From: Eledone cirrhosa
Taxonomy: Eukaryota
Assembly: GCA_964016885.1 (NCBI GenBank)
Contig: OZ024742.1
Span: 62,930,001 to 62,994,000 of the forward strand
Direction: 5' to 3'
Length of the DNA stretch: 64,000 bases
The notes beneath the pieces are model-generated. The model was not told where the DNA came from. It searched no databases and was given only the letters and a program-made list of their open reading frames with translations. A program made the position numbers and the translations under genes. Shown piece after piece: positions 1 to 12,799 of this stretch (position 1 is its first letter; every line of letters starts with the position of its first letter).

Positions 1-3000
1 TCAGTCTGTCTTCTCTTAACTTCTTACTACCTGTCTCTCTGTCAGTCTGTCGTCTCTTAACTTCTTACTACCTGTCTCTCTGTCAGTCTGTCATCTCTTA
101 ACTACTTACTATCTGTCTCTCTGTCAGTCTGTCTTCTCTTAACTTCTTACTACCTGCTTCTCTGTCAGTCTGTCATCTCTTAACTTCTTACTATCTCCCT
201 CTCTGTCAGTCTGTCATCTCTTAACTACTTACTATCTGTCTCTCTGTCAGTCTGTCTTCTCTTACCTTCTTACTACCTGTCTCTCTGTCAGTCTGTCATC
301 TCTTAACTTCTTACTACAGGTCTCTCTGTCAGTCTGTCTTCTCTTAACTTCTTACTACCTGTCTCTCTGTCAGTCTGTCATCTCTTAACTTCTTACTACC
401 TGTCTCTCTGTCAGTCTGTCATCTCTTAACTTCTTACTACCTGTCTCTCTGTCAGTCTGTCATCTCTTAACTTCTTACTACCTGTCTCTCTGTCAATCTG
501 TCTTCTCTTAACTTTTTACTACCTGTCTCTCTGTCAATCTGTCTTCTCTTAACTTCTTACTATCTGTCTCTCTGTTAGTCTGTCTTCTCTTAACTTCTTA
601 CTACCCGCTTCTCTGTCAGTCTGTCATCTCTTAACTTCTTACTACCTGTCTCTCTGTCAATCTGTCTTCTCTTAACTTCTTACTACATGTCTCTCTGTCA
701 TTCTGTCTTCTCTTAACTTCTTACTACCTGTCTCTCTGTCAGTCTGTCTTCACTTAACTTCTTACTACCTGTCTCTCTGACAGTCTGTCATCTCTTAACT
801 TCTTACTACCTGTCTCTCTGTCAGTCTGTCATCTCTTAACTTCTTACGACCTGTCTCTCTGTCAGTCTGTGTTCTCTTAACTCCTTACTACCTGCCTCTC
901 TGTCAGTCTTTCATCTCTTAACTTCTTACTACCTGTCTCTCTGTCAGTCTGTCTTCTCTAAACTTCTTACTACATGTCACTCTGTCAGTCTGTCTTCTCT
1001 TAACTTCTTACTACCTGTCTCTCGGTCAGTCTTTCATCTCTTAACTTATTACTACCTGTCTCTCTGTCAGTCTGTCTTCACTTAACTTCTTACTACCTGT
1101 CTCTCTGTCAGTCTGTCTTCTATTAACTTCTTACTACCTGTCTCTCTGTCAGTCTGTCTTCTCTTAACTTCTTACTACCTGTCTCTCTGACAGTCTGTCA
1201 TCTCTTAACTTCTTACTACCTGTCTCTCTGTCAGTCTGTCATCTCTTAACTTCTTACTACCTGTCTCTCTGTCAGTCTGTCATCTCTTAACTTCTTACTA
1301 CCTGTCTCTCTGTCAGTCTGTCTTCTCTTAACTTCTTACTACATGTCTCTCTGTCAGTCTGTCTTCTCTTAACTTCTTACTACCTGTCTCTCTGTCAGTC
1401 TGTCTTCTCTTAACTTCTTACTACCTGTCTCTCTGTCAGTCTGTCATCTCTTAACTTCTTACTACCTGTCTCTCTGTCAGTCTGTCTTCTCTTAACTTCT
1501 TACTACCTGTCTCTCTGTCAGTCTGTCATCTCTTAACTTCTTACTACCTGTCTCTCTGTCAGTCTGTCTTCTCTTAACTTCTTACTACCTGTCTCTCTGT
1601 CAGTCTTTCATCTCTTAACTTCTTACTACCTGTCTCTCTGTCAGTCTGTCTTCACTTAACTTCTTACTACCTGTCTCTCTGTCAGTCTGTCTTCTATTAA
1701 CTTCTTACTACCCGTCTCTCTGTCAGTCTGTCTTCTCTTAACTTCTTACTACCTGTCTCTCTGACAGTCTGTCATCTCTTAACTTCTTACTACCTGTCTC
1801 TCTGTCAGTCTGTCATCTCTTAACTTCTTACTACCTGTCTCTCTGTCAGTCTGTCATCTCTTAACTTCTTACTACCTGTCTCTCTGTCAGTCTGTCTTCT
1901 CTTAACTTCTTACTACATGTCTCTCTGTCAGTCTGTCTTCTCTTAACTTCTTACTACCTGTCTCTCTGTCAGTCTGTCTTCTCTTAACTTCTTACTACCT
2001 GTCTCTCTGTCAGTCTGTCATCTCTTAACTACTTACTATCTGTCTCTCTGTCAGTCTGTGTTCTCTTAACTCCTTACTACCTGCCTCTCTGTCAGTCTGT
2101 AAACTCTTAACTTCTTACTACCTGTCTCTCTGTCAGTCTGTCTTCTCTTAACTTCTTACTACCTGTCTCTCTGTCAGTCTGTTTTCTCTTAACTTCTTAC
2201 TACCTGTCTCTCTGACAGTCTGTCATCTCTTAACTTCTTACTACATGTCTCTCTGTCAGTCTGTCATCTCTTTACTTCTTACTACCTGTCTCTCTGTCAG
2301 TCTGTGTTCTCTTAACTCCTTACTACCTGCCTCTCTGTCAGTCTTTCATCTCTTAACTTCTTACTACCTGTCTCTCTGTCAGTCTGTCTTCTCTTAACTT
2401 CTTACTACCTGTCTCTCTGTCAGTCTGTTTTCTCTTAACTTCTTACTACCTGTCTCTCTGACAGTCTGTCATCTCTTAACTTCTTAGTAACTGTCTCTCT
2501 GTCAGTCTGTCATCTCTTAACTTCTTACTATCTGTCTCTCGGACAGTCTTTCATCTCTTAACTTCTTACAACCTGTCTCTGTGTCAGTCTGTCTTCTCTT
2601 AACTTCTTGCTACATGTCTCTCTGTCAATCTGTCTTCTCTTAACTTCTTACTACCTGTCTCCCTGTCAGTCTGTCTTCTCTTAACTTCTTACTACATGTC
2701 TCTCTGTCAGTCTGTCTTCTCTTAACTTCTTACTACCTGTCTCTCTGTCAGTCTGTCTTCTCTTAACTTCTTACTACCTGTCTCTCTGTCAGTCTGTCGT
2801 CTCTTAACTTCTTACTACCTGTCTCTCTGTCAGTCTGTCATCTCTTAACTACTTACTATCTGTCTCTCTGTCAGTCTGTCTTCTCTTAACTTCTTACTAC
2901 CTGCTTCTCTGTCAGTCTGTCATCTCTTAACTTCTTACTATCTCCCTCTCTGTCAGTCTGTCATCTCTTAACTACTTACTATCTGTCTCTCTGTCAGTCT

Positions 3001-6000
3001 GTCTTCTCTTACCTTCTTACTACCTGTCTCTCTGTCAGTCTGTCATCTCTTAACTTCTTACTACAGGTCTCTCTGTCAGTCTGTCTTCTCTTAACTTCTT
3101 ACTACCTGTCTCTCTGTCAGTCTGTCATCTCTTAACTTCTTACTACCTGTCTCTCTGTCAGTCTGTCATCTCTTAACTTCTTACTACCTGTCTCTCTGTC
3201 AGTCTGTCATCTCTTAACTTCTTACTACCTGTCTCTCTGTCAATCTGTCTTCTCTTAACTTTTTACTACCTGTCTCTCTGTCAATCTGTCTTCTCTTAAC
3301 TTCTTACTATCTGTCTCTCTGTTAGTCTGTCTTCTCTTAACTTCTTACTACCCGCTTCTCTGTCAGTCTGTCATCTCTTAACTTCTTACTACCTGTCTCT
3401 CTGTCAATCTGTCTTCTCTTAACTTCTTACTACATGTCTCTCTGTCATTCTGTCTTCTCTTAACTTCTTACTACCTGTCTCTCTGTCAGTCTGTCTTCAC
3501 TTAACTTCTTACTACCTGTCTCTCTGACAGTCTGTCATCTCTTAACTTCTTACTACCTGTCTCTCTGTCAGTCTGTCATCTCTTAACTTCTTACGACCTG
3601 TCTCTCTGTCAGTCTGTGTTCTCTTAACTCCTTACTACCTGCCTCTCTGTCAGTCTTTCATCTCTTAACTTCTTACTACCTGTCTCTCTGTCAGTCTGTC
3701 TTCTCTAAACTTCTTACTACATGTCACTCTGTCAGTCTGTCTTCTCTTAACTTCTTACTACCTGTCTCTCGGTCAGTCTTTCATCTCTTAACTTATTACT
3801 ACCTGTCTCTCTGTCAGTCTGTCTTCACTTAACTTCTTACTACCTGTCTCTCTGTCAGTCTGTCTTCTATTAACTTCTTACTACCTGTCTCTCTGTCAGT
3901 CTGTCTTCTCTTAACTTCTTACTACCTGTCTCTCTGACAGTCTGTCATCTCTTAACTTCTTACTACCTGTCTCTCTGTCAGTCTGTCATCTCTTAACTTC
4001 TTACTACCTGTCTCTCTGTCAGTCTGTCATCTCTTAACTTCTTACTACCTGTCTCTCTGTCAGTCTGTCTTCTCTTAACTTCTTACTACATGTCTCTCTG
4101 TCAGTCTGTCTTCTCTTAACTTCTTACTACCTGTCTCTCTGTCAGTCTGTCTTCTCTTAACTTCTTACTACCTGTCTCTCTGTCAGTCTGTCATCTCTTA
4201 ACTACTTACTATCTGTCTCTCTGTCAGTCTGTGTTCTCTTAACTCCTTACTACCTGCCTCTCTGTCAGTCTGTCAACTCTTAACTTCTTACTACCTGTCT
4301 CTCTGTCAGTCTGTCTTCTCTTAACTTCTTACTACCTGTCCCTCTGTCAGTCTGTTTTCTCTTAACTTCTTACTACCTGTCTCTCTGACAGTCTGTCATC
4401 TCTTAACTTCTTACTACATGTCTCTCTGTCAGTCTGTCATCTCTTTACTTCTTACTACCTGTCTCTCTGTCAGTCTGTGTTCTCTTAACTCCTTACTACC
4501 TGCCTCTCTGTCAGTCTTTCATCTCTTAACTTCTTACTACCTGTCTCTCTGTCAGTCTGTCTTCTCTTAACTTCTTACTACCTGTCTCTCTGTCAGTCTG
4601 TTTTCTCTTAACTTCTTACTACCTGTCTCTCTGACAGTCTGTCATCTCTTAACTTCTTAGTAACTGTCTCTCTGTCAGTCTGTCATCTCTTAACTTCTTA
4701 CTATCTGTCTCTCGGACAGTCTTTCATCTCTTAACTTCTTACTACCTGTCTCTGTGTCAGTCTGTCTTCTCTTAACTTCTTGCTACATGTCTCTCTGTCA
4801 ATCTGTCTTCTCTTAACTTCTTACTACCTGTCTCCCTGTCAGTCTGTCTTCTCTTAACTTCTTACTACATGTCTCTCTGTCAGTCTGTCTTCTCTTAACT
4901 TCTTACTACCTGTCTCTCTGTCAGTCTGTCTTCTCTTAACTTCTTACTACCTGTCTCTCTGTCAGTCTGTCGTCTCTTAACTTCTTACTACCTGTCTCTC
5001 TGTCAGTCTGTCATCTCTTAACTACTTACTATCTGTCTCTCTGTCAGTCTGTCTTCTCTTAACTTCTTACTACCTGCTTCTCTGTCAGTCTGTCATCTCT
5101 TAACTTCTTACTATCTCCCTCTCTGTCAGTCTGTCATCTCTTAACTACTTACTATCTGTCTCTCTGTCAGTCTGTCTTCTCTTACCTTCTTACTACCTGT
5201 CTCTCTGTCAGTCTGTCATCTCTTAACTTCTTACTACAGGTCTCTCTGTCAGTCTGTCTTCTCTTAACTTCTTACTACCTGTCTCTCTGTCAGTCTGTCA
5301 TCTCTTAACTTCTTACTACCTGTCTCTCTGTCAGTCTGTCATCTCTTAACTTCTTACTACCTGTCTCTCTGTCAGTCTGTCATCTCTTAACTTCTTACTA
5401 CCTGTCTCTCTGTCAATCTGTCTTCTCTTAACTTTTTACTACCTGTCTCTCTGTCAATCTGTCTTCTCTTAACTTCTTACTATCTGTCTCTCTGTTAGTC
5501 TGTCTTCTCTTAACTTCTTACTACCCGCTTCTCTGTCAGTCTGTCATCTCTTAACTTCTTACTACCTGTCTCTCTGTCAATCTGTCTTCTCTTAACTTCT
5601 TACTACATGTCTCTCTGTCATTCTGTCTTCTCTTAACTTCTTACTACCTGTCTCTCTGTCAGTCTGTCTTCACTTAACTTCTTACTACCTGTCTCTCTGA
5701 CAGTCTGTCATCTCTTAACTTCTTACTACCTGTCTCTCTGTCAGTCTGTCATCTCTTAACTTCTTACGACCTGTCTCTCTGTCAGTCTGTGTTCTCTTAA
5801 CTCCTTACTACCTGCCTCTCTGTCAGTCTTTCATCTCTTAACTTCTTACTACCTGTCTCTCTGTCAGTCTGTCTTCTCTAAACTTCTTACTACATGTCAC
5901 TCTGTCAGTCTGTCTTCTCTTAACTTCTTACTACCTGTCTCTCGGTCAGTCTTTCATCTCTTAACTTATTACTACCTGTCTCTCTGTCAGTCTGTCTTCA

Positions 6001-6830
6001 CTTAACTTCTTACTACCTGTCTCTCTGTCAGTCTGTCTTCTATTAACTTCTTACTACCTGTCTCTCTGTCAGTCTGTCTTCTCTTAACTTCTTACTACCT
6101 GTCTCTCTGACAGTCTGTCATCTCTTAACTTCTTACTACCTGTCTCTCTGTCAGTCTGTCATCTCTTAACTTCTTACTACCTGTCTCTCTGTCAGTCTGT
6201 CATCTCTTAACTTCTTACTACCTGTCTCTCTGTCAGTCTGTCTTCTCTTAACTTCTTACTACATGTCTCTCTGTCAGTCTGTCTTCTCTTAACTTCTTAC
6301 TACCTGTCTCTCTGTCAGTCTGTCTTCTCTTAACTTCTTACTACCTGTCTCTCTGTCAGTCTGTCATCTCTTAACTACTTACTATCTGTCTGTCTGTCAG
6401 TCTGTGTTCTCTTAACTCCTTACTACCTGCCTCTCTATCAGTCTGTCAACTCTTAACTTCTTACTACCTGTCTCTCTGTCAGTCTGTCTTCTCTTAACTT
6501 CTTACTACCTGTCTCTCTGTCAGTCTGTTTTCTCTTAACTTCTTACTACCTGTCTCTCTGACAGTCTGTCATCTCTTAACTTCTTACTACATGTCTCTCT
6601 GTCAGTCTGTCATCTCTTTACTTCTTACTACCTGTCTCGCTGTCAGTCTGTGTTCTCTTAACTCCTTACTACCTGCCTCTCTGTCAGTCTTTCATCTCTT
6701 AACTTCTTACTACCTGTCTCTCTGTCAGTCTGTCTTCTCTTAACTTCTTACTACCTGTCTCTCTGTCAGTCTGTTTTCTCTTAACTTCTTACTACCTGTC
6801 TCTCTGACAGTCTGTCATCTCTTAACTTCT
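1..6830 (+). repeat. Higher-order repeat: three tandem copies of a ~53-monomer (2,173-bp) unit; first copy is 67 monomers (2,747 bp), third is partial
   Basis: The AGG of the rare TACAGG variant lies at 318, 3065 and 5238 (spacings 2,747=67x41 and 2,173=53x41). The ordered variants GCTTCTC, CTCCCT, TTACC, GTCAAT, GTTAG, CCCGC, ACGAC, CTAAAC and TTATT recur in each copy. Lines 1-1440 match lines 4921-6360. Confidence 0.9.
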
Positions 6831-9800
6831 TACTACATGTCTCTCTGTCAGTCTGTCATCTCTTAACTTCTTACTACCTGTCTCTCTGTCAGTCTGTGTT
6901 CTCTTAACTCCTTACTACCTGCCTCTCTGTCAGTCTGTCTTCTCTTAACTTCTTACTACCTGTCTCTCTGTCAGTCTTTCATTTCTTAACTTCTTACTAC
7001 CTGTCTCTCTGTCAGTCTGTCTTCAATTACTTCTTACTACCTGTCTCTCTGTCAGTCTGTCTTCTATTAACTTCTTACTACCTGTCTCTCTGTCAGTCTG
7101 TCTTCTCTTAACTTCTTACTACCTGTCTCTCTGACAGTCTGTCATCTCTTAACTTCTTACTACCTGTCTCTCTGTCAGTCTGTCATCTCTTAACTTCTTA
7201 CTACCTGTCTCTCTGTCAGTCTGTCTTCTCTTAACTACTTACTATCTGTCTCTCTGTCAGTCTGTGTTCTCTTAACTCCTTACTACCTGCCTCTCTGTCA
7301 GTCTTTCATCACTTAACTTCTTACTATCAGTCTCTCTGTCAGTCTGTCTTCTCTTAACTTCTTACTACCTGTCTCTCTGTCAGTCTGTCATCTCTTTACT
7401 TCTTACTACCTGTCTCTCAGTCAGTCTGTCATCTCTTAACTTTTTACTATTTGTCTCTCTTTCAGTCTCTCTTCTCTTAACGTCTTACTACCTGTCTCTC
7501 TGACAGTCTGTCATCTCTTAACTTCTTACTACCTGTCTCTCTGTCAGTCTGTCATCTCTTAACTTCTTACTACCTGTCTCTCTGTCAGTCTGTCTTCTCT
7601 TAACTACTTACTATCTGTCTCTCTGTCAGTCTGTCTTCTCCTAACTTCTTACTACCTGTCTCTCTGTCAGTCTGTCTTCTCTTAACTTTTACTACATGTC
7701 TCTCTGTCAGTCTTTCATCGCTTAAGTTCTTACTACCTGTCTCTCTGTCAGTCTGTCATCTCTTAACTTCTTACTACCTGTCTCTGTGTCAGTCCGTCTT
7801 CTCTTAACTTCTTGCTACATGTCTCTCTGTCAGTCTGTCTTCTCTTAACTTCTTACTACCTGTCTCTCTGTCAGTCTGTCTTCTCTTAACTTCTTACTAC
7901 ATGTCTCTCTGTCAGTCTGTCTTCTCTTAACTTCTTACTACCTGTCTATCTGTCAGTCTGTCTTCTCTTAACTTCTTACTACCTGTCTCTCTGTCAGTCT
8001 GTCATCTCTTAACTACTTACTATCTGTCTCTCTGTCAGTCTGTGTTCTCTTAACTCCTTACTACCTGTCTCTCTGTCAGTCTGTCATCTCTTAACTTCTT
8101 GCTACATGTCTCTCTGTCAGTCTCTCTTCTCTTAACTTCTTACTATCTGCCTCTCTGTCAGTCTGTCATCTCTTAACTACTTACTATCTGTCTCTCTGTC
8201 AGTCTGTCTTCTCTTAACTTCTTACTACCTGTCTCTCTGTCAGTCTGTCGTCTCTTAACTTCTTACTGCCTGTCTCTCTGTCAGTCTGTCATCTCTTAAC
8301 TACTTACTATCTGTCTCTCTGTCAGTCTGTGTTCTCTTAACTCCTTACTACCTGCCTCTCTGTCAGTCTTTCATCTCTTAACTTCTTACTACCTGTCTCT
8401 CTGTCAGTCTGTCTTCTCTTAACTTCTTACTACATGTCTCTCTGTCAGTCTGTCTTCTCTTAACTTCTTACTACCTGTCTCTCGGTCAGTCTTTCATCTC
8501 TTAACTTCTTACTACCTGTCTCTCTGTCAGTCTGTCTTCACTTAACTTCTTACTACCTGTCTCACTGTCAGTCTGTCATCTCTTAACTTCTTACTACAGG
8601 TCTCTCTGTCAGTCTGTCTTCTATTAACTTCTTACTACCTGTCTCTCTGTCAGTCTGTCTTCTCTTAACTTCTTACTACCTGTCTCTCTGTCAGTCTGTC
8701 ATCTCTTAACTTCTTACTACCTGTCTCTTTGTCTGTCTGTCTTCTCATAACTTCTTACTACCTGTCTCTCTGTCAGTCTGTCATCTCTTAACTTCTTACT
8801 ACATGTCTCTCTGTCAGTCTGTCATCTCTTAACTTCTTACTACCTGTCTCTCTGTCAGTCTGTCATCTCTTAACTTCTTAGTACCTGTCTCTCAGTCAGT
8901 CTGTCTTCTCTTAACTTCTTACTACCTGTCTCTCAGTCAGTCTGTCTTCTCTTAACTTCTTACTACCTGTCTCTCTGTCAGTCTGTCATCTCTTAACTTC
9001 TTACTACCTGTCTCTCTGTCAGTCTGTCTTCACTTAACTTCTTACTACCTGTCTCTCTGTCAGTCTGTCTTCTATTAACTTCTTACTACCTGTCTCTCTG
9101 TCAGTCTGTCTTCTCTTAACTTCTTACTACCTGTCTCTCTGACAGTCTGTCATCTCTTAACTTCTTACTACCTGTCTCTCTGTCAGTCTGTCATCTCTTA
9201 ACTTCTTACTACCTGTCTCTCTGTCAGTCTGTCTTCTCTTAACTACTTACTATCTGTCTCTCTGTCAGTCTGTGTTCTCTTAACTCCTTACTACCTGCCT
9301 CTCTGTCAGTCTTTCATCTCTTAACTTCTTACTATCGGTCTCTCTGTCAGTCTGTCTTCTCTTAACTTCTTACTACCTGTCTCTCTGTCAGTCTGTCTTC
9401 TCTTAACTTCTTACTACCTGTCTCTCTGTCAGTCTGTCATCTCTTTACTTCTTACTACCTGTCTCTCAGTCAGTCTGTCATCTCTTAACTTTTTACTATT
9501 TGTCTCTCTTTCAGTCTCTCTTCTCTTAACTTCTTACTACCTGTCTCTCGGACAGTCTTTCATCTCTTAACTTCTTACTACCTGTCTCTCTGTCAGTCTG
9601 TCTTCTCTTAACTTCTTACTACCTGTCTCACTGTCAGTCTGTCATCTCTTCACTTCTTACTACCTGTCTCTCTGTCAGTCTGTCTTCTCTTAACTTCTTA
9701 CTACATGTCTCTCTGTCAGTCTGTCTTCTCTTAACTTCTTACTACATGTCTCTCTGTCAGTCTTTCATCGCTTAACTTCTTACTACCTGTCTCTCTGTCA

Positions 9801-12799
9801 GTCTGTCATCTCTTAACTTCTTACTACCTGTCTCTGTGTCAGTCTGTCTTCTCTTAACTTCTTGCTACATGTCTCTCTGTCAGTCTGTCTTCTCTTAACT
9901 TCTTACTACCTGTCTCTCTGTCAGTCTGTCTTCTCTTAAGTTCTTACTACATGTCTCTCTGTCAGTCTGTCTTCTCTTAACTTCTTACTACCTGTCTCTC
10001 TGTCAGTCTGTCGTCTCTTAACTTCTTACTACCTGTCTCTCTGTCAGTCTGTCATCTCTTAACTACTTACTATCTGTCTCTCTGTCAGTCTGTCTTCTCT
10101 TAACTTCTTACTACCTGTCTCTCTGTCAGTCTGTCTTCTCTTAACTTCTTACTACCTGTCTCTCTGTCAGTCTGTCATCTCTTAACTACTTACTATCTGT
10201 CTCTCTGTCAGTCTGTGTTCTCTTAACTCCTTACTACCTGCCTCTCTGTCAGTCTTTCATCTCTTAACTTCTTACTACCTGTCTCTCTGTCAGTCTGTTT
10301 TCTCTTAACTTCTTACTACATGTCTCTCTGTCAGTCTGTCTTCTCTTAACTTCTTACTACCTGTCTCTCGGTCAGTCTTTCATCTCTTAACTTCTTACTA
10401 CCTGTCTCTCTGTCAGTCTGTCTTCACTTAACTTCTTACTACCTGTCTCACTGTCAGTCTGTCATCTCTTAACTTCTTACTACCTGTCTCTCTGTCAGTC
10501 TGTCTTCTATTAACTTCTTACTACCTGTCTCTCTGTCAGTCTGTCTTCTCTTAACTTCTTACTACCTGTCTCTCTGTCAGTCTGTCATCTCTTAACTACT
10601 TACTATCTGTCTCTCTGTCAGTCTGTCTTCTCTTAACTTCTTACTACCTGCTTCTCTGTCAGTCTGTCATCTCTTAACTTCTTACTATCTCCCTCTCTGT
10701 CAGTCTGTCATCTCTTAACTACTTACTATCTGTCTCTCTGTCAGTCTGTCTTCTCTTACCTTCTTACTACCTGTCTCTCTGTCAGTCTGTCATTTCTTAA
10801 CTTCTTACTACAGGTCTCTCTGTCAGTCTATCTTCTCTTAACTTCTTACTACCTGTCTCTCTGTCAGTCTGTCATCTCTTAACTTCTTACTACCTCTCTC
10901 TCTGTCAGTCTGTCATCTCTTAACTTCTTACTACCTGTCTCTCTGTCAGTCTGTCATCTCTTAACTTCTTACTACCTGTCTCTCTGTCAATCTGTCTTCT
11001 CTTAACTTTTTACTACCTGTCTCTCTGTCAGTCTGTCTTCTCTTAACTTCTTACTACCTGCTTCTCTGTCGGTCTGTCATCTCTTAACTTCTTACTATCT
11101 CCCTCTCTGTCAGTCTGTCATCTCTTAACTACTTACTATCTGTCTCTCTGTCAGTCTGTCTTCTCTTACCTTCTTACTATCTGTCTCTCTGTTAGTCTGT
11201 CTTCTCTTAACTTCTTACTACCCGCTTCTCTGTCAGTCTGTCATCTCTTAACTTCTTACTACCTGTCTCTCTGTCAATCTGTCTTCTCTTAACTTCTTAC
11301 TACATGTCTCTCTGTCATTCTGTCTTCTCTTAACTTCTTACTACCTGTCTCTCTGTCAGTCTGTCTTCACTTAACTTCTTACTACCTGTCTCTCTGACAG
11401 TCTGTCATCTCTTAACTTCTTACTACCTGTCTCTCTGTCAGTCTGTCATCTCTTAACTTCTTATGACCTGTCTCTCTGTCAGTCTGTGTTCTCTTAACTC
11501 CTTACTACCTGCCTCTCTGTCAGTCTTTCATCTCTTAACTTCTTACTACCTGTCTCTCTGTCAGTCTGTCTTCTCTAAACTTCTTACTACATGTCACTCT
11601 GTCAGTCTGTCTTCTCTTAACTTCTTACTACCTGTCTCTCGGTCAGTCTTTCATCTCTTAACTTCTTACTACCTGTCTCTCTGTCAGTCTGTCTTCACTT
11701 AACTTCTTACTACCTGTCTCTCTGTCAGTCTGTCTTCTATTAACTTCTTACTACCTGTCTCTCTGTCAGTCTGTCTTCTCTTAACTTCTTACTACCTGTC
11801 TCTCTGACAGTCTGTCATCTCTTAACTTCTTACTACCTGTCTCTCTGTCAGTCTGTCATCTCTTAACTTCTTACTACCTGTCTCTCTGTCAGTCTGTCAT
11901 CTCTTAACTTCTTACTACCTGTCTCTCTGTCAGTCTGTCTTCTCTTAACTTCTTACTACATGTCTCTCTGTCAGTCTGTCTTCTCTTAACTTCTTACTAC
12001 CTGTCTCTCTGTCAGTCTGTGTTCTCTTAACTTCTTACTACCTGTCTCTCTGTCAGTCTGTCTTCTCTTAACTTCTTACTACCTGTCTCTCTGTCAGTCT
12101 GTTTTCTCTTAACTTCTTACTACCTGTCTCTCTGACAGTCTGTCATCTCTTAACTTCTTACTACATGTCTCTCTGTCAGTCTGTCATCTCTTTACTTCTT
12201 ACTACCTGTCTCTCTGTCAGTCTGTGTTCTCTTAACTCCTTACTACCTGCCTCTCTGTCAGTCTTTCATCTCTTAACTTCTTACTACCTGTCTCTCTGTC
12301 AGTCTGTCTTCTCTTAACTTCTTACTACCTGTCTCTCTGTCAGTCTGTTTTCTCTTAACTTCTTACTACCTGTCTCTCTGACAGTCTGTCATCTCTTAAC
12401 TTCTTAATACATGTCTCTCTGTCAGTCTGTCATCTCTTAACTTCTTACTACCTGTCTCTCTGTCAGTCTGTGTTCTCTTAACTCCTTACTACCTGCCTCT
12501 CTGTCAGTCTGTCTTCTCTTAACTTCTTACTACCTGTCTCTCTGTCAGTCTTTCATTTCTTAACTTCTTACTACCTGTCTCTCTGTCAGTCTGTCTTCAA
12601 TTAACTTCTTACTACCTGTCTCTCTGTCAGTCTGTCTTCTATTAACTTCTTACTACCTGTCTCTCTGTCAGTCTGTCTTCTCTTAACTTCTTACTACCTG
12701 TCTCTCTGACAGTCTGTCATCTCTTAACTTCTTACTACCTGTCTCTCTGTCAGTCTGTCATCTCTTAACTTCTTACTACCTGTCTCTCTGTCAGTCTGT

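Noticed and set aside
16-19. TTAA in each monomer as a piggyBac target or transposon footprint
   Set aside because: No inserted element, terminal inverted repeats or target-site duplications occur anywhere. A 4-mer match is uninformative.
1-41. Identity with avian 41-42-bp repeats (chicken CNM/PO41, turkey TM)
   Set aside because: Only the length matches. CNM-type repeats are characterised by alternating A- and T-tracts, which this monomer lacks, and I cannot recognise sequence similarity. A database search is needed.
11463-11702. 79-aa ORF (MTCLSVSLCSLNSLL...)
   Set aside because: It is a translation of satellite monomers. The ATG comes from a one-off TTACGAC>TTATGAC change, and the length from a CTTAAC>CTAAAC variant (~11577) that removes the TAA otherwise met every 123 nt in each frame. 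It is low-complexity S/L/C/V sequence, and the homologous cassettes lack this ATG.
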